Of a DNA stretch of 64,000 bases, positions 43,274 through 51,752 are shown piece after piece. Position numbers and translations under genes: made by a program. Numbering within the stretch: position 1 is the stretch's first letter; every line of letters starts with the position of its first letter. Source of the stretch: Xanthobacteraceae bacterium (GTDB taxonomy: Bacteria > Pseudomonadota > Alphaproteobacteria > Rhizobiales > Xanthobacteraceae); the NCBI GenBank assembly GCA_049677525.1, contig JBAUCK010000290.1, positions 1,023 to 65,022 on the forward strand, written 5' to 3'. Below the pieces are notes generated by a model that was not told where the DNA came from, did no database searches, and saw only the letters and a program-made list of their open reading frames with translations.

Positions 43274-44074
43274 CTACTCTGCCGCGACCTTATGCGCCCG
43301 GGCATACTGCAACAGCGCGTCCTCGGGCACCGGCACGATTGGCGTGAAATCGCGATGCGCGATCCATTCTTCGCGGGTGAATTTGGTGATGTGGTTTGAG
43401 ACCGCGCACAGCGTCAGATAGACGATCTTGCGCGGATAAGGCGTGATGTTGGGCGGTGAGGCGTGCACCAGATTGCCGTGGAACATCAGCACCGATCCGG
43501 GTTTTCCGGTCGGCGCCACGATACCGCCTTCGGCCGCAAGCCGCGTCACGGTCTCCTTGTCGAGCGTCCACAGCGGATAGGAGGTGGTCAGCGTGTCGTG
43601 ACTGGCCGCAAGCACGCCCTGTCTGTGGCTTTTCGGAATCAGCATCAGCGCGCCATTGATCGGCATCACTTCATCGAGAAAGATCGCGATATTCATCGCC
43701 CGCGGTTCGGGCATGCCGTCGTCGCGCGCCCAGGTGCCGTAATCCTGGTGCCATTGCCACACATCGCCCTCGAAGGCGACCTTGGCATTGAGCTTGAATT
43801 GATGAACGTAAACCGGCTCGCTAAGCAATTGCTGCAGCAGCTCGACCAGCCGGGGATGATTCGCCATCAGCCGGAACGTCTCGTTGAAAGTGTGCGCGGC
43901 AAAGGCGGTGCGTGGTGCGCCGGTTTTCTCGCGCCAGACTTCTTTGCGGTCGAGTTTGAGGATGGCTTCCGCGTCGTCGCGCAGGAGCGCGATCTCCTCT
44001 TCATCGAAGCAGTTCGGGAAGAACAGATAGCCCTGCTCGTCGAATTCCTTGAGCTGTGTCGGTGTGAGTTTCAT
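43274..44074 (-). CDS. phytanoyl-CoA dioxygenase (PhyH) family protein, ectoine-hydroxylase-like
   Basis: 266 aa. WQWHQDYGTWARDDGMP resembles the EctD signature WHSDFETWHxEDGMP. LMFHGNLVHASPPN provides the distal His. Confidence 0.8.
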   Translation of the reverse strand: MKLTPTQLKEFDEQGYLFFPNCFDEEEIALLRDDAEAILKLDRKEVWREKTGAPRTAFAAHTFNETFRLMANHPRLVELLQQLLSEPVYVHQFKLNAKVAFEGDVWQWHQDYGTWARDDGMPEPRAMNIAIFLDEVMPINGALMLIPKSHRQGVLAASHDTLTTSYPLWTLDKETVTRLAAEGGIVAPTGKPGSVLMFHGNLVHASPPNITPYPRKIVYLTLCAVSNHITKFTREEWIAHRDFTPIVPVPEDALLQYARAHKVAAE

Positions 44075-44206
44075 GGGAGGAGCCTTCCTCTGGCGCGTTT
44101 CCCGTTTTTGTTGATCAATCCTGCGCTATGCGGCGGGTTCTCAATGCAATCTTAGTCCTTATTCGCCGGAGGTGCCACGGCCGAAGGCGCCCGGTTGGAC
44201 ATGAGC

Positions 44207-45319
44207 CTAGCGAATGGCTGCGAGCAGCGCCTGCGCGAACCGGTCGATATCGGCGTCGTCGTTATAGACGTGCGGGCTCACCCGCAACCGGCCGCGACGT
44301 GGCGCCACATAGATTTTCTGCGCGGCGAGGCTTTCTGTGAGTCCCTTCGGCACGCCGCCAGGAAAACCGAGGCTCAAAATGTGCGGCGATCTCACTTCGC
44401 TCGCCGGAAACGAAATCCGGCCGGCCCGCGTCGCGTCGCCGAGCTGTTGGGCGAGCCGCTCCGTCAGTGCGCCAAGCCGCGTGGCGATCGGTTCCGCTCC
44501 CCAGTCCGCCATCATCTCCATGCCGATCGACGCCATTTCCATCGAGATGAAATGGTCGCGTTCGCCCATGTCGAAGCGCCGCGCGTCGGTGACATAGTCG
44601 GTGTCGGTGAAATAGACATCCTGTTCGGCGCGCACGGCCTTGCGGCCGTAGCTCGTCTGTTCGAGCGGAATGCCGCCCTGGTGGCGCTTGGCGACATAGA
44701 TGAAAGCGCGGCCGTACGGCCCGAGCAGCCACTTATAGGTCGGAAACACGACGAAATCCGGATCGAGCGCGCACACATCGAGATCGAGCACTCCGGCGCC
44801 TTGCGTTGCGGCGCCGTCCGCCCAGTGCACCGACGAAATCGATACGATCGCGACCGGAGCCGCGCCCGCCCGCTCGATCGTCGAGAGTACCGCGCTCGTC
44901 CAATCGTGGTCGTTTGGGCCTTGCACCGTATCGACGGTGAAGGCGCCGTCACGCGCGCGCGTCAGCCATTCCAGCACTGGCGAGGAATGATCGTCATGCA
45001 GGACGATCACCCGCGAGCCGGCCGGTACCGGGATGATTTTTGCGACGGTGGCGACGCCATAGCTGATCGACGGAATAAGCGCCACATCCGCCGCGTCGGC
45101 GCGGATGAGCCGCGCCGCGGCCTGGCGCGTGCGGCTGTATTGCTGCGCGGCAAAGTCGTTATCGATCAGCCACGGCCGGCCCTTGCGGCCCACGGCCGCG
45201 CGCCCGGCCTCGAGCGTCGCCAAAGGCAGCGGCGTATAGGACGCGGCATTGAGGTAACAGACGTCGCTTGGGATATCGAACAGCGGGCGTTGCGATGGCA
45301 GCATCAAGTCCGCACTCAA
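44207..45319 (-). CDS. class V aminotransferase-fold PLP-dependent enzyme
   Basis: 370 aa with a PLP-lysine context FPTYKWLLGPYG. The segment between SVHWADG and TQGAG looks about 20 aa shorter than expected for the family. Confidence 0.75.
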   Translation of the reverse strand: MSADLMLPSQRPLFDIPSDVCYLNAASYTPLPLATLEAGRAAVGRKGRPWLIDNDFAAQQYSRTRQAAARLIRADAADVALIPSISYGVATVAKIIPVPAGSRVIVLHDDHSSPVLEWLTRARDGAFTVDTVQGPNDHDWTSAVLSTIERAGAAPVAIVSISSVHWADGAATQGAGVLDLDVCALDPDFVVFPTYKWLLGPYGRAFIYVAKRHQGGIPLEQTSYGRKAVRAEQDVYFTDTDYVTDARRFDMGERDHFISMEMASIGMEMMADWGAEPIATRLGALTERLAQQLGDATRAGRISFPASEVRSPHILSLGFPGGVPKGLTESLAAQKIYVAPRRGRLRVSPHVYNDDADIDRFAQALLAAIR

Positions 45320-45372
45320 ATTTTGCGCATGTCCTTATTGGGAAGCCGGTGCCCACTTTTCCGGGACATGCG

Positions 45373-46353
45373 CTATGCTTCGGCGACAAAACGATTACGC
45401 ATCCGGCCGAGCAATTCAATCTCGGTGTCCATCACATCGCCGGGCTTGAGGAAGGTGTTGGTGCCTTGTCCCACTCCGCCGCAGGTGCCGCAACTGAAAA
45501 TATCTCCCGGCTGCAGCGAGAGCATGTTTGAGGCGTATTCGATCTGCTCTTCCGGCGTGAAGATGAATTGCGACGTATTGCCGTCCTGCTTCACCTCGCC
45601 GTTGACGGTGAGGCGGATGAACAAGTTCATGGCGTCGGGCACAAAGGCCCGCGGCACCAGAGTGGGCCCCATCGGCGCGAAATTGTCGTGGCTCTTGCCG
45701 CCGAGCCAGTCCGAGCGCAGCGCCGGCCGGTCCGGACGCATCTGCTGATCGCGGCAGGACACGTCGTTGGTAGTCATGAAACCGGCAACATAGGCGAGCG
45801 CCTGCTCGGCCTTGATGCGTTTGCCGCCTTTGCCGATAGCGAGCGCGATCTCCGCCTCCCAGTCGATCTTCTTCATGCCGCGCGGAATTTCGATATCGTC
45901 GAAGGCTCCGGCGAGCGTGCTCGGCGCCTTGAGGAACAGATACGGCACCGTCGTCGTTTTCTCGCCGGTGAAGACCGGCCCGCCCGAAGGCGACATGCCG
46001 GCGCGGATCATCTCATTGACATGTTCCTGAAAGTTCTGCGCCGCGTAGAACATCTTGCCGGGCCGGCGAACCGGCGACAGCGCCCGCAGGCTTGCAAATT
46101 TCGCCGTGCCCGCAGGCCTGCCTTCCTTTTCCAGAAAGGCCACGATCTCCTGCAGCACGGCGAAGTTCTTGTCCCAGTCCTCAAGGAGGCCGAGCATACT
46201 CTCGGTCGCGCTCAGCTCTCCCCTGCGGGACGACGACCGATAAGCGACATGGGCCGCCTTGAGGTCGATGGCATCATGGCCAAGAACGATGGCAACGAAA
46301 GCGTTGCCATCCGGTTTTGCCAAAGTGGCCAGTTTAAACGCAGTCCCGTTCAT
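45373..46353 (-). CDS. fumarylacetoacetate hydrolase (FAH) family protein
   Basis: 326 aa. IDWEAEIALAIGKGGKRI...GFMTTNDVSCRD...GDIFSCGTCGGVG. Confidence 0.85.
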   Translation of the reverse strand: MNGTAFKLATLAKPDGNAFVAIVLGHDAIDLKAAHVAYRSSSRRGELSATESMLGLLEDWDKNFAVLQEIVAFLEKEGRPAGTAKFASLRALSPVRRPGKMFYAAQNFQEHVNEMIRAGMSPSGGPVFTGEKTTTVPYLFLKAPSTLAGAFDDIEIPRGMKKIDWEAEIALAIGKGGKRIKAEQALAYVAGFMTTNDVSCRDQQMRPDRPALRSDWLGGKSHDNFAPMGPTLVPRAFVPDAMNLFIRLTVNGEVKQDGNTSQFIFTPEEQIEYASNMLSLQPGDIFSCGTCGGVGQGTNTFLKPGDVMDTEIELLGRMRNRFVAEA

Positions 46354-46374
46354 CGTGCCCTCGTTACGTGCTGC

Positions 46375-47637
46375 TCACTTCTTGGCGTCCGCATAAGGAT
46401 AGATCATGTCGCCGGTCTGGTATTCTTTCGGCCAGACGATGACTTCATGGCTCGAATCCTTGAACTGATCGAGCGAGTTCGGCGTGACGTGCTGAAATTG
46501 GGTGAAGAACACGCGCGACTTGGCCCATTCGCCGTCCTTGCCGAATTTGATGTCGCCGACCACGGTTGAGAATGTGTGCGTGTGCATGTAGTCGGCGAGC
46601 GTTTTCTGGTCGAGGCTCTCGGTGCCTTCGACTGCTTCGGCAAGGACTTGGCCGGCCGCATAGCCGAGCGGCGGGAAGGCCGGCCCGAGCGGATCGATGC
46701 CGGCGTCTTTCGCCGCGGCTTGATATTTCGCCATCATTTCCTTCGTCCCGTTGAAGGTCAGCGATAGCGCCGGCAAGAACACCTCGTTGTTGACGATGCC
46801 GCTCATCAACGGGCCGAGCTGCACCTTGATCGGCGTCACCAAAAGCCCGATGAAAGCGCCGCCGAACATTTTAGGTGTCAGCCCGATCTCGTTTGCTGCA
46901 CGCACAATGCCGACCGAGTCCGGCGGGTAGGCCGCGACGAAAAGAATGTCCGGATTCAAGGCCTGGACGGCGCGCATCACCGGCGTGTAGTCGACCGTCG
47001 ACGGCGGATATTTCTCGTCGAGAACAGTCTGAAAACCGCCGAGGTCCTTGACGACCTGCCGTGCGCCGTCCGCGGCATTCTGCGCGAATTCGGCGTCGGC
47101 GGCGACGATGGCGACCGTCTTCGGCCGCGGCTTCTGCGCCGCCGCCAACTCGAAAAATCCAAGCGCAAAGGATTTTTGCGGCTCGGGCCCGGTCGGCAGC
47201 ATCGAGAAATACTGGTCGTAATGCAGCTTGGAATTGGCGGCATTGGCCAGGATGCCGATGGTGGTTTTCTTATATTGCATCAGCACCGGAATGGCCGGCG
47301 CTACCATATTGGTGGCGTAAGGGCCGATGAACAGGTTGACCTTGTCGACCTCGATCAGCTTGGTAAAAAGCTGCGGCACATTATTTGGATTGCTCTGGTC
47401 GTCGTAATAGACGAGCTCGACCGGCCGCCCGAGCAAACCGCCTTTGGCGTTGACGTCGTCGCGCCAGATCTGCAGCGCCGCCAGCACCTGTTTGCCGATC
47501 GGCGCTACGCCGCCGGTGAGCGCCAGACTGGTGCCAATCCGGATCGGATCGGCAGCTTTGGCGACATTCGGCAGAATGAACACGCCCGCGGCAACAAGCG
47601 CCGCGAAGGCTTTCGCCCAACTCCTCAAAGTGCACAT
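46375..47637 (-). CDS. ABC transporter substrate-binding protein (Leu/Ile/Val-binding type), orphan
   Basis: MCTLRSWAKAFAALVAAGVFILPNVAKAADPIRIGTSLALTGG. A GGGGAGGAG Shine-Dalgarno sequence precedes the ATG at 47637. There is no adjacent permease or ATPase gene. Confidence 0.85.
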   Translation of the reverse strand: MCTLRSWAKAFAALVAAGVFILPNVAKAADPIRIGTSLALTGGVAPIGKQVLAALQIWRDDVNAKGGLLGRPVELVYYDDQSNPNNVPQLFTKLIEVDKVNLFIGPYATNMVAPAIPVLMQYKKTTIGILANAANSKLHYDQYFSMLPTGPEPQKSFALGFFELAAAQKPRPKTVAIVAADAEFAQNAADGARQVVKDLGGFQTVLDEKYPPSTVDYTPVMRAVQALNPDILFVAAYPPDSVGIVRAANEIGLTPKMFGGAFIGLLVTPIKVQLGPLMSGIVNNEVFLPALSLTFNGTKEMMAKYQAAAKDAGIDPLGPAFPPLGYAAGQVLAEAVEGTESLDQKTLADYMHTHTFSTVVGDIKFGKDGEWAKSRVFFTQFQHVTPNSLDQFKDSSHEVIVWPKEYQTGDMIYPYADAKK

Positions 47638-47769
47638 TTTCGTCTCCTCCCCGGCATGCCTGTTGTTTTTTGCGGCATGCATTCATTTTCAAGTCACGTC
47701 GCTTCTCCTTAGTCGGCTGCTTTTGCAGCCTTGTTGTTATCTCGATGCGGCATCGCAATAACTCAAGAG

Positions 47770-48567
47770 TTACGTGCCGCGGAATTTCGCCTTGCGCTTA
47801 TTGTGGAACGCCTCGACACCCTCGCGGAAATCGTCGGATTGGCGGAGCCTGCTATAGCAATGGCCTTCGAGTTCGATCGCGGCTTCGAGATCGGTATCTT
47901 CGGTCGCGTTGAGCAATGTCTTTGCCGTGCGCTGCGCCAGCGGCGAAAAGGCGCGCAGTTCGTCGACCAGGGCATCGGTCGCCGCTTCGAGCTTGTCGTC
48001 CGGTACGCATTCGGTGGCGATGCCCCAGTCATAAGCTTGCTTGGCCGCAATGCGCTTTGAGCGCATGACGATGTCCTTGGTGCGGGTAATGCCGATGATC
48101 TTTTGCAGGCGCGCCGAGCCACCCGAACCCGGGATCTGGCCCAGTCGCTGCTCCGGCAAAGCGTAGAGGCAGGTTTCGGAGGCGAGCCGGAAATCGCAGG
48201 CAAGCGAAATTTCAAAGCCGACGCCGAAGCAATAGCCGCGATTGGCGACAATCACCGGCTTCGCGCAGCGTGCCGGTGCCGCGATATTCCAGGCAAGCTT
48301 CGACACGTGCTCCGGCGACGCCGCGAGAAAACCCGCGATATTGCCGCCCGAGGAAAAATGCTCGCCGACCGCGCGCAGCACGATCACGCGCACGCGGTCG
48401 TCCTCGTCCAGCGCCTCGAAAACGAGCCGCAGCTGATCGCGCTGCCCCATCTCGATGACATTGAGCGGCGGCCAGTCCAGCACGATATCGGCGCGTTCGC
48501 GCTCGGGATCGATCTCAACGCGGAAACCGTCGAGCTTTTGCAAACGCGGATCGGAAAACACGGTCAT
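47770..48567 (-). CDS. enoyl-CoA hydratase/isomerase (crotonase) family protein
   Basis: MTVFSDPRLQKLDGFRVEIDPE...VIVLRAVGEHFSSGGNI...GYCFGVGFEISLACDFR. The ATG at 48567 overlaps the ligase stop (ATGA). Confidence 0.88.
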   Translation of the reverse strand: MTVFSDPRLQKLDGFRVEIDPERERADIVLDWPPLNVIEMGQRDQLRLVFEALDEDDRVRVIVLRAVGEHFSSGGNIAGFLAASPEHVSKLAWNIAAPARCAKPVIVANRGYCFGVGFEISLACDFRLASETCLYALPEQRLGQIPGSGGSARLQKIIGITRTKDIVMRSKRIAAKQAYDWGIATECVPDDKLEAATDALVDELRAFSPLAQRTAKTLLNATEDTDLEAAIELEGHCYSRLRQSDDFREGVEAFHNKRKAKFRGT

Positions 48568-50132
48568 GCGGTCGTACCTTGCTGGCGTGATAGTGAGATG
48601 GAAGAAGAGGAAGATTCGACGGTGTATTCGCCGGCGACGAGCTTCCTTCGCAAGAGCTTGCCGACCGGCGATTTCGGAATTTCCGCGACAAAGACATAGC
48701 GCCGCGGCCGTTTGAAGCCGGCCAACCCGGATGAGCGGCAATAGGCATCAAGCTCTTCGGCCTCGACGGCGGCGCGGCGCTTGATGAAGGCGGCGACCAC
48801 CTTGCCCCAGCGCTCGTCAGGCACGCCGATGACCGCGACTTCGGATACCGCGGCATGCAGCGACAGACAGGATTCGATTTCGACGGGCGAGACATTCTCG
48901 CCGCCGGTGATGATCAGGTCATCGACGCGGCCGGTGACGAAGACATCGCCGTCGCCGTCGATGAAGCCGGTGTCGCCGGTGAAATACCAGCCTTCGCGTA
49001 GCGCTTTGGCGTCGGCGTCCGGCCGCCGCCAATAGCCTTCGAAGGATTCATCGCCGGCAAGAAGCGCGATGATTTCACCTTCCTCGTCGACGGCGGCAAT
49101 GTGGTCGACCGAAGCGGCGCCAAGCTTCACCACGCGCACCATCTGGTTGATGCCAGCACGGCCGGCAGAGCCGGGCTTCGCGAGCGCATTCTGGTCGATG
49201 GTGAAGGTATAGATTTCCGAGGAGCCGTAATGGTTCACGAACAGATCGGGCTTGAACTCGGCCTGTAGCTTATTGAGGAGTCCATCCGTCATCGGCGCGC
49301 CGGCAAAACCCAGCTTGCGGACCGAGCTGACGTCGCTCACCGTGAATTGCGGGTGATAGACGAGGTCGTGATAGAGCGTTGGCACCAGATAAAGATTGGT
49401 CACGCGATCCGCGGCGATGACCTTCAATGCTTCCGCGACATCGAAACGGCGCAAGCAGACAAAGGCGCCGCCGATCAGCGACATGGCGAGCAGCGAGCGC
49501 ACGCCCATGGTGTGGTAAAGCGGCATGACGCCGAGCGTACGCTCGCCATGCGCGTAAAGATTCTGTGCGACATGGGCGACCGCTGCCGCGCGTTCGGCCT
49601 GCTGGCGGCGCGGCACGCCTTTGGGTTTGGCTGTGGTGCCGGAAGTGTAGAGCATCACCGACCAGGCTCGTGCATCAGCGCGCGGCATGGCGTCCGCCGC
49701 GTCGCGCGACGCAAGCGCGGCAAAAGCAACGTCGGAAGGTTGCGCCCTATCGAGCGCGACGCGCGGTATCTTTTGCGCTGCCACCGACGCGGCAACCGCC
49801 GCCGCGGACGCATCTTCATAGGCGACGGCCTTGGTCTCGGCGTTTTCGAGAAAGAAGTCGAGCTCCTGCGCGGTCGAGCGCCAGTTCACCGGCGTGATGA
49901 TGACACCCGCGAACTGACAGGCCCAATGCAACGTCGCTGCTTCGAAGCGATTCTGCAGCACGGTGACGAGGTGATCGCCCGGCTTGAGGCCAAGTGAGTC
50001 AAATCCGGCGACGACAGCTGAAATGCGCCGATACCATTGCGCATAGCTCAGGCGGAGCGCGCCATCGACAATCGCCAGCGTGTCCGGATCGCGGGCAACG
50101 CTTCCGATAAAGCTCTGGCCGAGATCAAGCAT
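48564..50132 (-). CDS. AMP-dependent synthetase/ligase (acyl-CoA ligase)
   Basis: 522 aa. LYTSGTTAKPKGV (AMP-binding motif)...GWYFTGDTG...PKSPVGKLLRRKL. Confidence 0.9.
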   Translation of the reverse strand: MLDLGQSFIGSVARDPDTLAIVDGALRLSYAQWYRRISAVVAGFDSLGLKPGDHLVTVLQNRFEAATLHWACQFAGVIITPVNWRSTAQELDFFLENAETKAVAYEDASAAAVAASVAAQKIPRVALDRAQPSDVAFAALASRDAADAMPRADARAWSVMLYTSGTTAKPKGVPRRQQAERAAAVAHVAQNLYAHGERTLGVMPLYHTMGVRSLLAMSLIGGAFVCLRRFDVAEALKVIAADRVTNLYLVPTLYHDLVYHPQFTVSDVSSVRKLGFAGAPMTDGLLNKLQAEFKPDLFVNHYGSSEIYTFTIDQNALAKPGSAGRAGINQMVRVVKLGAASVDHIAAVDEEGEIIALLAGDESFEGYWRRPDADAKALREGWYFTGDTGFIDGDGDVFVTGRVDDLIITGGENVSPVEIESCLSLHAAVSEVAVIGVPDERWGKVVAAFIKRRAAVEAEELDAYCRSSGLAGFKRPRRYVFVAEIPKSPVGKLLRRKLVAGEYTVESSSSSISLSRQQGTTA

Positions 50133-50288
50133 ACGCGACAGGAACTGGCAGGTGAAAGTGCCAGCATAATAAGGCTTTAGCAGCGGATGACAAATCCGTC
50201 ATCGGCTCGTGATGGAATTTCCAGGCATTGGCGCCGTTAGTGCGGGAGGCGGGGAACGCTGGCAGTGCCGGGTATCAGGAGAAAGTGC

Positions 50289-50528
50289 ATGATCCGTGTT
50301 GCGAAATTCGCCTCAATATCGGTCCTGGTTGTCGCAGCCGTGGCGATGGCTATGGGCCTGGTTGCGCCGGCATCGGCGCAAGGAAGCCGTGCTAAACTGG
50401 TAGCACACCACACCAATCGTCCGCTGTACGACGTGGCTCCGCAGCGGAGCGCTCCGGTCAATTCGGACGATCCCTCGCTCACCGGTGGCGGTAGCCTCGG
50501 CTACAATCAGAACATCTATAACTGGTAA
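50289..50528 (+). CDS. small hypothetical secreted protein
   Basis: MIRVAKFASISVLVVAAVAMAMGLVAPASAQ signal peptide. 79 aa. No family was recognised. Confidence 0.45.
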   Translation: MIRVAKFASISVLVVAAVAMAMGLVAPASAQGSRAKLVAHHTNRPLYDVAPQRSAPVNSDDPSLTGGGSLGYNQNIYNW

Positions 50529-50556
50529 GCTTCCTGACGATCAGACGAATTGGAAC

Positions 50557-50592
50557 GGCGGCGAGCCCAGGAGGCCGCCCCCGTTTTCATTT
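50557..50592. terminator. possible bidirectional stem-loop between convergent genes
   Basis: GGCGGC (50557-50562), an 11-nt loop, GCCGCC (50574-50579), then CCCGTTTTCATTT. Confidence 0.35.
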
Positions 50593-50615
50593 CGGCCGTT
50601 ACCTTGCGGCGGATT

Positions 50616-51500
50616 CTAGTGCCGCGTCGGGAACAGCGCCGCTGGAAAATCCGCCGCGGATCGCGGGGCCCGCTCCGGCGTCTTGAAATCGGGCCGCGGA
50701 TTGGGGTCGGGCTCGACCGCCCTGCGGTAGAGATGCCAGGTAGCATGGCCAAGCACCGGCATCACCACAGTCAGCCCGATGAAGAACGGGATCGAGCCGA
50801 TCAGCAACAGCGCGGCGACGATGAAGCCCCACAGCGCCATCGTCCCCGGATTGGCGGCGACGACGCGGATCGAAGTGGCGAGCGCCACGGCGGCGCCGAC
50901 ATCGCGATCGAGCAAGAGCGGAAACGAGATCGCGCCGATAGTCAGCACCACGACCGCGAACAGGAAGCCGACACCGGCGCCGACGGCGATCAGCGTCCAG
51001 CCGGCCGGAGTGAAGAAGACATTGTGGACGAATTGCTGGAAGGTGCCCGGTCCGCCGTACCCGAAATTGGCGATATAGATGGCCTCGGCCACCGCGAGCC
51101 AGATCAGAAAGATCGCCGTCAAGAGCACGCCGAGCGCGATGATGGCGCCGAGCGACGGCGAATGCAGCACGTCGAGAGCATGGCTCGATGAGGCGTCGAG
51201 ACCCGCTTCGCGACGCCGGCTCAACTCATAGAGACCGATGGCGGCGATAGGGCCGATCAGCGCGAAACCCGCCGCAGTGGGAAACGCCAGCGGCAGCATC
51301 GAATTGTCGAGCGTGAGTGCAATCAAAAACATGCCGAGCACCGGATAGACCACGCATAGAAAAATCGCGTGGCTCGGCATCGCTAGAAAATCGTCCATCC
51401 CGCTTTTCAGCGACCGATAGAGATCGGACGGCGAGATGTCACGAATGACCGGCCGTGCCGGGCTCAAGCTCTCGCCGGTAAGAATATGCGAATGGGACAT
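50616..51500 (-). CDS. DUF2189 domain-containing integral membrane protein
   Basis: 294 aa. DFLAMPSHAIFLCVVYPVLGMFLIAL...PLLLDRDVGAAVALATSIRVVAANP. Confidence 0.75.
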   Translation of the reverse strand: MSHSHILTGESLSPARPVIRDISPSDLYRSLKSGMDDFLAMPSHAIFLCVVYPVLGMFLIALTLDNSMLPLAFPTAAGFALIGPIAAIGLYELSRRREAGLDASSSHALDVLHSPSLGAIIALGVLLTAIFLIWLAVAEAIYIANFGYGGPGTFQQFVHNVFFTPAGWTLIAVGAGVGFLFAVVVLTIGAISFPLLLDRDVGAAVALATSIRVVAANPGTMALWGFIVAALLLIGSIPFFIGLTVVMPVLGHATWHLYRRAVEPDPNPRPDFKTPERAPRSAADFPAALFPTRH

Positions 51501-51752
51501 GCTGCTCCTCCTGAACCCAATCGGAGTTGGGTCCTGAACCGTTTTGGTTCGGGCCGCTGTGGCGGCCGGGGCCGCAAAGCGCCCGAGCGTTCTTCCCTAC
51601 GCCTGATATAATGGCATCGCAGCCGCCGGGTTGCACGCGGCAAGGCACGACGCTTACGCGCCGTCACATTCACAATAAGGTGTAGTTTGCCGGTGCAGCT
51701 TAGGCTTTGTGCGTCGCAACAGCGCGTGCAATGCGACGTCTCGGTGACAGGG

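Noticed and set aside
44195-45748. A 517-aa ORF on the plus strand
   Set aside because: It is antisense to the class V aminotransferase and FAH genes, which both have clear family motifs. The composition is Arg-rich nonsense.
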